Shown here one piece after another: positions 48,985-61,451 of a stretch of 64,000 nt of DNA. The position numbers were made by a program, and so were the translations under genes. Source of the stretch: Antedon mediterranea (taxonomy: Eukaryota; Animalia; Echinodermata); the NCBI RefSeq assembly GCF_964355755.1, contig NC_092673.1, positions 20,085,648-20,149,647 on the forward strand, in the 5' to 3' direction. The number at the start of each line of letters is the position of its first letter. Within the stretch, counting starts at the first letter, position 1. Below the pieces are notes generated by a model. The model saw nothing but the letters and a program-made list of their open reading frames with translations. It made no database searches and was not told the origin of the DNA.

Positions 48985-50607
48985 CTAGATGGTACGCTCG
49001 CTTCGCTCGCGTACCATCTAGGTCGTGCCCACAGATGGTTCTCGAATACACAGTAATTTCAGCGTAGCAAAACTGGCGATTTCAAATGTACGTACCGCAG
49101 GACTATAATACATTGTCGTTTACAGAAACGAATAAATAGACACGATGATTTATTTAGTCAACTAAAATTAGCACCCTGGGAATTACTTCCGAAGGAGAAA
49201 CTTATCAAAATGAGTCCACATTTTTGATTTGGACTCATTTAAAGAAACCAATTTGTGTTTTTTATGTAACATTAGGGTTGAGGGATGGGAAAGCGGATAG
49301 GTACGAAGAGGAACAATTTTTAAATATATTCTTTATCCACTCAGTAACGAAATATTTTTTTCGTGTTTTATAGGCCTATAAATAATATACCTCTAAATAC
49401 AGTAAAACATTTGCGATTTAATACTTTGTTAAAACTGTCACTGTCATAATCGATTGAAATATTAAAGTACATGTCACGATACACCACTACGACGTTTATT
49501 TTATTGGTAATTATTAATTAATACAAACGTTGAGAAGGAACTGTCAGTATAAAGTGTATTTTTGTATATAATAATGTGTTTATATATCTAAGAGTAGATC
49601 CTATCCACAATCTCAGTAATAAAGTTTATCTGTATATATTTTTACTAACAGTACGAACATTCACAGTAAGAAATGTTCGATTCAAATGAGGACTAAAAAT
49701 AGTTAATAGGTATTTACAGTATTGTCAAAGTATTGCAAGTTTATTCTCAAAGGGCCCATATATTTACCTACCGTATGTGTTAAACCAAGTGCTCATAAAT
49801 TTACCTACTTGTGTTAAACCAAACTCTGGCAGACTGAGAGATTGGGATGTTCCATTCATCGCAAATCAATACATTTGTATAATCATATATTAAATCTATC
49901 AAAATAGTATTTTTTTAAAGAAAATCGGCCTGTCTTCAACATTATGATGGTGTACTCTAGCTGTTCAACCGGTTTTCAGCTATTAAAAACAATTATCGTA
50001 GGAGGAGATAGGAAAATGCGAAGCCTCTTCGCATTTTTGTGGCGGGTATTTTTCAAGTTGGACATCCATTAGACAGTGTATACCACGATCGGAAAACACC
50101 CCTATTTGGGGCAAATCGTTGAACCTAAATTCGTTTTAATCGTCAATAACTAATTATCTAACTTAATTTAATTAGTAAACAGGGTTACATCAGGTGGTTA
50201 AAATCAGTACCGAAAGTACGAACCAACTTTATATACCAGACATTATGATGGTGTACTCTAGCTGTTCAACCGGTTTTCAGCTATTAAAAACAATTATCGT
50301 AGGAGGAGATAGGAAAATGCGAAGCCTCCTCGCATTTTTGTGGCGGGTATTTTTCAAGTTGGACATCCATTAGACAGTGTATACCACGATCGGAAAAAAT
50401 CCCTATTTGGGGCAAATCGTTGAACCTAAATTCGTTTTAATCGTCAATAACTAATTATCTAACTTAATTTAATTAGTAAACAGGGTTACATCAGGTGGTT
50501 AAAATCAGTACCGAAAGTACGAACCAACTTTATATACCATCGAGTAAAAATTCTAGAAGTAAGGCGCGATTTACCGAATTTTGCCCTTACGTAAATTTAT
50601 ATATAGA
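48985..50607 (-). mobile_element. Non-autonomous Helitron of the same family as 30737-33425, with an internal ~300-bp tandem duplication
   Basis: A|CTAGATGGTACGCTCGCTTCGCTCGCGTACCATCTAG ... TTTATATATAGA|T; duplicate blocks ~49939-50238 and 50240-50539. Confidence 0.9.
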
Positions 50608-51729
50608 TAATATACATCTTAAATACAATACGGTACATAGGGAATTTTTGAAACATTTTACGGTGAGATAAGTTACACATCTTAAACATTATGAGTTAAA
50701 TAAAACATAATAAATACGATAAATATTTAACTGATTCTGACTTTCCAATGTACAAATTATATTTGGCAAACTTCACCGACATTGATGTACAGTAATAACA
50801 ACGATAAATGAAGAAAAACATAATTACAAGTTAATATTTATTTGTAAAGTACACACACTCTTCTTCATTATAACTATAGCAGTGCATATCCTTAAATTAA
50901 TCTAATGATAGTATATAACTTGCATTCCTTTCAGTCTTAAATATAATCATTGGAGCATATTTCCCGACCGGTACAAAAATGAAAACATTTCATTATCTTA
51001 TGTCATTATAATTCAACCTGTTTCCTACTTTCTTTATAATTATAAGAACAAAGAAAGCATGATTTTATGTTCAATATCACAAAGGACACATTAAATCTCA
51101 TTTCATTTGATATATAAATAACATTTTGTTGTTCTGAGTTAATAAATAATATAAAACGTCACTTGTTTATGACTGTATAATCTAACATAAAAAAGTAAGT
51201 GATTTAAGTACAACATCGAATTTTGCTGTATAGGCCTAATGTCTAATTTCATAAAGTGATTCACTAGTTATTACAAAAGTTATTAAAAAGACAAAAAAAA
51301 GTTGTAATTGTTTTTTTTATTTCATCGTGTTACATAAAAAAGGAAATTATGTAAATATATCGCCTTTTACAGTATATCACCTTTTTTCAATAGACCACGA
51401 TGTCAATTGGAGCGACAAAACTCGTAACGACAAAGAAAACCATTGGGTTTTGGACTTAACATTAGGAATATACTCCCAGATCGGTAAATTACTCTATTGA
51501 CCACCTACATTTAGGTGAGATTAAAAAATAAGGACGAGGGCAAGAAGATGAACATCTCTTGTGACGGGACTGTCTAAGAGAGAGCAAAAATGGAACAATA
51601 AATAAATAAAGATAATACCATGTAGTAAAAGTAAAATCTGATTAACAGCTGATACTGAGTTAGCTTGTATTGTAAGAAGGTGCATTCGTGTAACTAAAAT
51701 CAAATGAAATATTCATTTTTATAACTTAC

Positions 51730-51980
51730 AGTTTTCTTTTATTTCCCAAACCTCTGGAGATTCAGTCGTTTCATTGTAGTTTGCTATTGCCGCATATAAA
51801 CTACCATCCACTGAGAAAAGTTTACCACTCTGAACTCCATGACCTGGTACTTGGAAATACTTTACGAATAGGTTACGGGTAAAATTCCATTTATACACCG
51901 TTGAGTTCACTTTAACATCGTAGTTTGTCACAAGTAAATAGTGGTTTGTAGCCAATTGCAAATACGATGCATCACATGCA
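51730..51980 (-). pseudogene. Orphan, 5'-truncated duplicate of the EPTP exon at 23109-23396
   Basis: Near-identical LQLATNHYLLVTNY...EVWEIKEN; downstream intron also similar; no acceptor site. Confidence 0.8.
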
Positions 51981-52197
51981 TTGTTGTAATAAATATAAGG
52001 TTTGTTTCTGCCTTTAACCGATATTGTTCAATATTTGTTTGACACATGTTAATATTACTTGCTGTAGTATTCTTTTAATGTTTATATATGTATAAATCTA
52101 TAGAAGTCTTATAAAGGTAAAAAGTGGTCAGAAAATAGATATAAAACTAGAATAGTATGACTATATCCCTGTCGCTCTACATGTTGTCTACTACTTA

Positions 52198-52376
52198 AGC
52201 TTGGTTCCCACTAGAACGTAACGCAAGGACGTAAACGCAACGCAAGCGTTTTAACCAATGACAAGCGAAGTTACAGACAGTTAGCAATCACAAGCGAATA
52301 AGCTATCGCTTGTGATTGGTCTATTCACTTGCGTTGCGTTACGTCTTTACGTTGCGTCGCTAGTTGGAACCTCGCT
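52198..52376. mobile_element. Small palindromic Harbinger-type MITE
   Basis: AGCTTGGTTCCCACTAG..ACGCAACGCAAG / CTTGCGTTGCGT..CTAGTTGGAACCTCGCT; TWA flanks. Confidence 0.6.
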
Positions 52377-52379
52377 TAA

Positions 52380-53836
52380 AGGCTGGTTTCCTGTCGACGT
52401 AAGAACATCACTTTTGTTGCGACTACGTCGATTTGTCGTAAGAAATGCAGATTTTACCGATTACGATCGAAAATTTACAAAATCGACGCAACGTAAGAAA
52501 AATGGTAACGACAAACGATTTTACAGGAAACCGATGACCTAACAATTGTTGCGTTACGACGTTTTCTTCCGATTTTACAGGAAACCGGGATTTTTGATCT
52601 TACGCTTGAATGAACGCCCTTGCGTCACGTTTCTTACGTCTCTTACGAAAGTTGACTTGAAGTCAACTTTCGCAAGAGACGTAAGCGCAATCGTAACAAG
52701 CAACCAATGAGCGACAAGAGTTATGACGTAATGTGTATGTCCTTATAGTGAAATAAAGCCGGACAATAACATTTGTATGTATTTACTACTATAATTTTAG
52801 CCCACTTTACGATGTTGTACATACTTTACAAATGCACAGTAGTGTCAATAATAGGCCTAATAATGTTCTAATCAGGGAGTTTACAACTCATATCAAAATC
52901 TAATACTCTTATTTATGGACGTGCAATAAACAATCAGCATCGGTAGAAACGTCACGAAAATGAACATTTGCAACAAGATAAGATATAGAAAGCCCCTTTG
53001 TAAACAATATAATATTATTATGTAACTTTAAAAAAAAATTGTTTGCTTGATTTTGTATAATTTATATTGTTTTGTTAAATTTATTCTTATTATAGGCCTG
53101 TAAATAATGGGTATCTTACTGCGGTAGTACTATCTCATGCTCGATTAAAGTATGCCTGGGCCCATAGGCCAAGGCCTAGCCTAGGGCCTAGGTAGGTCTA
53201 ATAATAATAGGAATCCCGAAATGATTTGCCTTTTTTTAATTTTGAAAACTATTTAAGGCTAGGCCTAAAGGGCCAGGATAATTCATTCATATTTTGATTC
53301 ATACAATAATACATAGGCCTACTAGCCTAGGCTCCTTATAGGCTAGTTTGATTAGATTTTGGTCAAATCAATTCCTATTAGTACAGTATTAATTAAGTAT
53401 TATTACTAATACTAGGGCCTAGCCTATCTACTAAAAATAATATGTTGGTGTGCTGCACTGACACTGATGCTGAGTAGCTACAGGTACAATAACATCATTC
53501 AACATTTCGCGCGAAAAATGATAAAACCCGCTCTAAAAAGAAACACCAATCAGAGATGTTGTTTCAAATACGTCATAAATCTGACCGACGTAAGAAAAAA
53601 ATTTCAATTTTCGTAACAACACTAAAATCGACGTAAGCATACGACGTGTGTTTCACAGCTAAAATTTCAACTTTCGGGAGCAGCATAACTACAGATGTTT
53701 TTCTGCGGCCCGACACGATCTTGACTAACGTCAACGACGTCAATTTTTTCTCAACTTTCGTAAGAGACGTAAGAAACGTATGAAACGCAAGAATCGTTAC
53801 AAAATTCGACTTCTTACGTCGACAGGAAACCAGCCT
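52380..53836. mobile_element. Non-autonomous Harbinger-type element
   Basis: 26-bp perfect TIR AGGCTGGTTTCCTGTCGACGTAAGAA / TTCTTACGTCGACAGGAAACCAGCCT; TWA flanks. Confidence 0.8.
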
Positions 53837-54346
53837 TTAGATGTATAACGTAACGTAATTATACCATGGATGAAGTACGTCCTCTATACCCAATACACGA
53901 GCGGTATCACGTCTAACGACGTTTTTTTTTTGTTTTGTTTTTTACATTGTTACATTATTGTATTGTTTATGTCGAACTTTGTCATGGTTACCGCATGTTT
54001 TAGTAGTTTTAATATGTATGGTCATGTTTATGAAGAATATTGACTATTAATATTTGTAAAATGCATATATAACAATGGTTAGGCTTAATAATGTATTTAA
54101 CTAAAGTATTAACATAGGTGTTAGATAATTATTACCAAGCACGTTTGTTTTTAGTCATATAATAAAGTATATATTGAAATAATGCTGTAACTGAGTTTAG
54201 TGATTATTTAATTGCTGTTGATGGCGTGCTTACCTGGAATAATTTGCATAAAAATGTGGCGCATGCGCACGTTTGGAATCAGGAATTTACTTACTAGCTG
54301 GTGTAGTTAGTTGAGACGATGCCAGCGTATACACAATTAGAGAATG

Positions 54347-56647
54347 CAGTCGAGCAGCAAAGTGCTCATTTAACCGTTAAAAAGCTGTTTTTTAACTGCG
54401 CAGGTCACTGAGCATCGCCAAGTTATAGTGACTTCCGGTTCGCTTTTCACTTCGCAGCAAGCATTTTGCATGGGAATACCCTTACAAATCTGCTGCAATT
54501 TCCACCATCCGGGTTAAATTATATCTTTCTATATTTGGAAATTGTTACTCCTAATATGGAAGATCATTCCCGCCACAAAATGTTGGTATAAATAGCCCAG
54601 GAAATGACGACAGAGCTTATTGAAGAAAAAAGTGCAGATGGAGGTGTTCGTTGAGGTTGGCTACATGATTTATTTGTTTGGTTTCGTAGGGAATCCGGCA
54701 CTTTTCTCATCAGCACGGAACCTTTATAAAAACTTAGTGGTTGGTTATTAGGTTATTAATCTATCTTTTCTGAAAGTTTAAGTTTGGTTCAGCTTGTGGG
54801 ACGGATTCAATATCCGTTCAAAGCTGGGGATATATTCTAAGCAGACTCCATCTTGGATTCGTATGTTTAGTACAGGCCGTGTGGTTGAGTAATTTCAATC
54901 CTTCAAAATCACTATGTGCAATCCGTTTTTAAACCAGTTAATATACCAAAATATGTTATTAGTAGCTTTATTATTTTGGATTTGGTGCTAGTTTGGTAAA
55001 TATTGCAATATAATTGTAGATTATTTGGTTGTAAAAAAATGTACCCAACTTGTATTATCTAGGGCTAGGCCTAGCCCATTTGACGGAAACCCAGTGCTAT
55101 TTGTAGGGGATAGAGAGGGCCGCAGGCTAGTTTTTAGTGGCATATGGCCGACTTATTATAATCAATGTGAAGCCATATTATGTTTAAAATGTTGAATCTA
55201 TATCCACTGGATTATGGATATATATCGTCGGATATTTAAAGAAAGGCCTAGGCCTAGACCTTTTAATTTATTTAATTAATTTAGGACTATATTACGGGAA
55301 ATTCTTTGCCAAAGAAAAGAAAATACGTTGTGGCTGTTGGAGGTTTGTAAATATATAATGACAATAATGTAGCCTAGGCTAGGAAGGAAGGACTGTAGGT
55401 AGGATTAGGTAATTTGGATGGTCGTACATAGTATGATATTTATATATACAGTATAGTAGTGATCATGGCGACAACATTTAGGATGACTAAAGTTGACATT
55501 AAAATTATTTAACTATGAATAGCTCATTATTGGTGTTTTTTTTTTCTTTCATGTTTCTAAGAATAAACTATCCGACTTGTGATTCATCTTGTGCTGCAAA
55601 AACAATCCTATTTTGATATTTGTAAATTTATGTACGTAACAGATGTCTTTAAAAATAAAAAAAAAATTAAAATTTTTATTATCGCGATGATTTAACTAAA
55701 ATATTGACATATATAACTTGATATTTTAGCCTGAGCAAGATAGTTTGATAGGCATAGTTTACTTCGATGTAAACAAGATATTACATGTTATACTGTTTGT
55801 AAAATACTTTTGTGTAAATAAAATTATTTAATGGTGGTTAATCTATTAACTTGTTAATTTGTTTGTTAGTTATGATGTTATACTATTAATTATTTAGTTA
55901 GTAACCAAAGTGGAGTGGATTCGTGGCAGTTGCAACTTGACTGTAATATGCATATATATAATAATATTTACTTCTTCTTGGATAAAGTTAAAAGAAAATA
56001 AGCAATAATAAAAATTAAATATTTATTTTGCCATAAAGAAAGCAAAAACTAAACATACAGTACTATTATGTACAGTAATACCATGGACCTATAGGTCCAT
56101 GGTAATACATACTGTAGTATTGAGCACCAGTAGCAGAGACGTCTGGACAATCGAATATAATCGTTATCAGCTGTCTGGGTACCCAAGGCTAGTGCTAGAA
56201 AATGGCAAAAATTCGTGTATTCATTCGCCGTCAGCGAAATGAATCCGGCACTTTTCTCATCAGAAGCAAATCAACAAATCCTTTTATCAGTTTGTTTTGA
56301 TATATAATCTGGATAATATATATTAAAATGGCCTTGGTTCAAGCATGTTTAACAGGTAAAATCAGATTTTTCCCTACCTAGGCCCCTTAGCACTGCGGTA
56401 ATCTACGCCGTGTGGGGGAACCGATCTCGGCAGTATTTCTTAAGTAGCCTATCTTTCGTAAAATCCTTAGTTGAATTGTATTAATATAAATTTAATTGTA
56501 TGAATATGCTATTTAAATGTTATTGAAAATGTTTTTGCTGCATTTTGTAATTCCGCACTACTTGCTTTATCGCGATTCCAAGATGGCGGCAATTCAAATT
56601 TTGATTTGGTAATAATTCGCGAGGTCAACCACTCTGCTGCCCGACTG
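54347..56647 (+). mobile_element. Unclassified 2.3-kb TIR transposon with a 4-bp TSD (AATG), copy 1
   Basis: CAGTCGAGCAGCAAAGTG / CACTCTGCTGCCCGACTG; AATG on both sides. Confidence 0.8.
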
Positions 56648-56719
56648 AATGGTGTGATTGCTACTGACAAAATGCCATGTGGTGCATGCGCACGTTTGGA
56701 ATCTCCTTACTAGCTGGTG

Positions 56720-58174
56720 TAACTCTTCCAAGCACTCGTATTGAAAAAAGCTGTATCGCCAATCCAGCATTTGCCATCACCAACAGATTTTGGGTAGGAG
56801 CTATCTAATGGTAAACTTCAACCAGTGCTTCTGAAAAATGAAGCTATACCTACTGCTTCGTTTTAGATGATTTATTGTGGATGCAAGACACGATGCATAA
56901 CCATATAGATGTAGGTGCAAAAAGTCAAAACTACCATGTACAGCTTTATGCTACTGTAACAACGCTAAAGATGACGACGGAAACCTTAGCATGGAATGAT
57001 CAAAACTGATGCCCTTAACATGTTCATTCCAAATGTAGCTTAGGTGTTCACTTTTCTTTCAAACCTATAGGCCTACAATCATAATCCATCATATTGATGG
57101 CAGGTAATTTCCAAATTTCCAAATGTAGCTGACGTGTTCAAATTGTTTTTTAATTCTATAATCATAATCAATCATATTGATGGCAGGTACTATACAATCA
57201 TAATCCATCATATTGATGGCATTTAATTTCCAAATTTCCAAATGTAGCTGACGTGTTCAAATTCTTTTTAAAATCTATAATCATAATCCATCATATTGAT
57301 GGCAGGTAATTTTCAAATGTAGCTTATGTGTTCAATTTCTTTTTTAAATCTATAATCATAATCCATCATATTGATGGCAGGTAATTTCCAAATGTAGCTG
57401 ACATGTTCACATTTAAAAAAATCTATAATCATAACACATCATATTTGATGGCAGTGAATTTTATAATTTTACTAATTATTATTGTGTATAAATAATTTCA
57501 TAGTTATGCAATTATATTATATTCAGTATACAGTAGGCCTATGCTGTAGTTTAAAGGTCAATAACCATACTATCGGCCATTCTTGTACAAAATGTGCCAT
57601 TAGACTGGATAGAAACACACATGTTTTAAACAATTTAAAAAGAAAAAAAAATTCATAAGACCACAATTTTCAAAGTTATATTATTATTATATTATTATAT
57701 TTGACTAATAGTTCAAAGGTCAATAGTTGTAGAATCGGCCATTTTTTGTAAAAACATTTCATTATAATAAATAAGAATGTATAGTTTCTGAACAATTTGA
57801 GCCCTATTTCGTGTTTCTCCGATTATTGGTTACCGAGATACGATAAATCAAGGTCAAAGGTCAAAATGTTAGAAATAAGACTTGCATCCATTTTTTGAGA
57901 AAATGTGTCATTAAAGTGAATATAAAAACATATATTTAAAACATTTTGACACCAAAATTAATTATCTGTGACTGGTGGTTCTCGAGATATAGGGTAATTA
58001 TAAAAAATGGCCGCCATTTTTAATTATGCAAATTAAGGGCTTAGATGGCCGAATTTCACTTGGGATCCGCCATATTCGTAATCAGCGAGGTCGAAATATC
58101 CTAAATCAAGTGGATCCCAGCTTCTACCCAAAAATGCTTCTTACATCATATTTCAGAGGAAATAGAACTTGTCT
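56720..58174 (+). mobile_element. Academ-like transposon right-end remnant containing a ~65-bp minisatellite (~57040-57455)
   Basis: Decayed LPSPTDFG*EL..LQP and CGCK..C...RCRCKKSKLPCTALCYC; ends ...AACTTGTCTA. Confidence 0.55.
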
Positions 58175-58282
58175 ATATGCTTAACAGCGCGTATTGTTGA
58201 TTCTTTACCTATTTGTATTCTTTGGTTGAGCCCATGGAGAATACACGGCCACATGTTTGTGAGAAGATCCAAGGTGAGAAAA

Positions 58283-61234
58283 CAGTCGGGCAGCAAAGTG
58301 GTTGACCTCGCGAATTATTACCAAATCAAAATTTGAATTGCCGCCATCTTGGAATCGCGATAAAGCAAGTAGTTCGGAATTACAAAATGCAGCAAAACAA
58401 AATTTCAATAACATTTAAATAGCTAGCAAATTCATACAATTAAATTTATATTAATAAAATTCAACTAAGGATTTTACGAAAGATAGGCTACTTAAGAAAT
58501 ACTGCCGAGATCGGTTCCCCCACACGGCGTAGGGTACCGCAGTGCTAAGGGGCCTAGGTAGGAAAAAATCTGATTTTACCTGTTAAACATGCTTGAACCA
58601 AGGCCATTTTAATATATATTATCCAGATTATATATCAAAACAAACTGATAAAAGGATTTGTTGATTTGCTTCTGATGAGAAAAGTGCCGGATTCATTTCG
58701 CTGACGGCGAATGAATACACGAATTTTCGCCATTTTCTAGCACTAGCCTTGGGTACCCAGACAGCTGATAACGATTATATTCGATTGTCCAGACGTCTCT
58801 GCTACTGGTGCTCAATACTACAGTATGTATTACCATGGACCTATAGGTCCATGGTATTACTGTACATATAGTACTGTATGTTTAGTTTTTGCTTTTTTTA
58901 TGGCAAAATAAATATTTAATTTTTATTATTGCTTATTTTGCTTTAACTTTATCCAAGAAGAAGTAAATATTATTATATATATGCATATTACAGTCAAGTT
59001 GCAACTGCCACGAATCCACTCCACTTTGGTTACTAACTAAATAATTAATAGTATAACATCATAACTAACAAACAAATTAACAAGTTAATAAATTAACCAC
59101 CATTAAATAATTTTATTTACAAAAAAGTATTTTACATACAGTATAACATGTAATATCTTATTTACATCGAAGTAAAATATGCCTATTAAACTATCTTGCT
59201 CAAGCTAAAATATCAAGTTATATATGTCAATATTTGAGTTAAATCATCGCGATAATAAAAATTTTTATTTTTTTTAATTTTTAAAGACATCTGTTACGTA
59301 CATCAATTTACAAATATCAAAATAGGATTGTTTTTGCAGCACAAGATGAATCACAAGTCGGATAGTTTATTCTTAGAAACCTGAAAGAAAAAAAAAACAC
59401 CAATAATGAGCTATTCATAGTTAAATAATTTTAATGTCAACTTTAGTCATCCTAAATTTTGTCGCCATGATCACTACTATACACAATACTCTGTATATAT
59501 AAATATCATACTATGTACGACCATCCAAATTACCTCATCCTACCTACAGTCCTTCCTAGCCTAGGCTACATTATTGTCATATTATTTACAAACCTCCAAC
59601 AGCCACAACGTATTTTCTTTTCTTTGGCAAAGAATTTCCCGTAATATAGTCCTAAATTAATTAAATAAATCAAAAGGTCTAGGCCTAGGCCTTTCTTTAA
59701 ATATCCGACGATATATATCCATAATCCAGTGGATATAGATTCAACATTTTAAACATAATAATAATATGGCTTCACATTGATTATAATAAGTCGGTGATAT
59801 GCCACTAAAAACTAGCCTGCGGCCCTCTCTATCCGCCTACAAATAGCACTGGGTTTCCGTCAAATGGGCTAGGCCTAGCCTAGGCCTAGATAATACTACA
59901 AGTTGGGTACATTTTTTTACAACCAAATAATCTACAATTATATTGCAATATTTACCAAACTAGCACCAAATCAAAAATAATAAAGCTACTAATAACATAT
60001 TTTGGTATATTAACTGGTTTAAAAACGGATTGCACATAGTGATTTTGAAGGATTGAAATTACTCAACCACACGGCCTGTACTAAACATACGAATCCAAGA
60101 TGGAGTCTGCTTAGAATATATCCCCAGCTTTGAACGGATATTGAATCCGTCCCACAAGCTGAACCAAGCTTAAAGCCCCATTCCCTACGTTTTTTAGATC
60201 TAATTTAAGATCACAAACTATATTTAATGTAAAAATAATACTATATGGTCCTATTGCGATAACTTTTTTCGTCTTTAAACGGTTAAAAATGTGAAAAATA
60301 AGCCGATTCTAATAATTATAGCGGCCCGCTATAAATCCCAAAATGCATTGCGCGCGGATTGATATTTTTGTTTTTCACCTGTAATTCGCCCACTTTTCGA
60401 TCGATCGTGAGGCCAAAACAAATGGAAGACTCCTAACTTTTCAGCGAAAATACCGGGTTTTCCCCAATTTGTATCAACGGAGTCTGGCAAAAATAGAAAG
60501 ACAATTAATGCAGCAACTATACAACGTCAGGCTAGGTATATAGCTCGCGTACGATGTTCGTACTTTACCGATGCTTACCAGCTAGGCCTACAAAACTAAG
60601 CCTAGCTAGGCTAGGCCTAAGACCGTCCACGAGAGGTCGATCGCCACGAGCTACTTAGGTAGTGCTTTGTTTCTCACTTTTTATCATAATTTACCATAAA
60701 ACGTACATTTAAGACAAGGAATGACATGGTTTAATGTTTTTAAAGTGATATATATGTATTATTTTCCAAAAAACGTCCAAAATTGCAGGGAAGGGGTCTT
60801 TAAACTTTCAGAAAAGATAGATTAATAACCTAATAACCAACCACTAAGTTTTTATAAAGGTTCCGTGCTGATGAGAAAAGAACCGGATTCCCTACGAAAC
60901 CAAACAAATAAATCATGTAGCCTACCTCAACGAACACCTCCATCTGCACTTTTTTCTTCAATAAGCTCTGTCGTCCTTTCCTGGGCTATTTATACCAAAA
61001 TTTTGTGGCGGGAATAATCTTCCATATTAGGAGTAACAATTTCCAAATATAGAAAGATATAATTTAACCCGGATGGTGGAAATTGCAGCAGATTTGTAAG
61101 GGTATTCCCATGCAAAATGCTTGCCGCGAAGTGAAAAGCGAACCGGAAGTCACTATAACTTGGCGATGCTCAGTGACCTGCGCAGTTAAAAAACAGCGTT
61201 TTAACGGTTAAATGAGCACTTTGCTGCTCGACTG
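58283..61234 (-). mobile_element. Copy 2 of the same 4-bp-TSD (AAAA) transposon, inverted
   Basis: Reverse complement of 54347-56647 over its length, apart from a nested insert; AAAA on both sides. Confidence 0.8.
60174..60799. mobile_element. Kolobok-like MITE nested in copy 2
   Basis: TTAA TSD (60170-60173, 60800-60803); AGCCCCATTCCCT / AGGGAAGGGGTCT; absent from copy 1. Confidence 0.8.
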
Positions 61235-61451
61235 AAAAGGGGTCTTAAAATTGCTGTTGAGTTGATGCATAACGGACTGTGCCGCTTCGCGCGCGTTTAG
61301 AATGTTCAGTGCGCGCCCGTAGTAAAGTATTCGCCGATTACATTGTAAATGGTGCCATGATGCGTACATCATCACGTGAAAAACCTAATTTGCTTGTAGG
61401 CTTATTATTTTTTCTGAAGCAAATTTAGATATTTTTTCGATTTAATTTCAG

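Noticed and set aside
60868-60900. CTGATGAG...CGAAAC hammerhead-like core words
   Set aside because: I could not form stem II or flanking stems I/III; likely a chance match
54347-61234. A single large element with 2.3-kb TIRs (second Polinton or foldback)
   Set aside because: Each arm has its own TIR pair and its own TSD, and the outer flanks do not match each other
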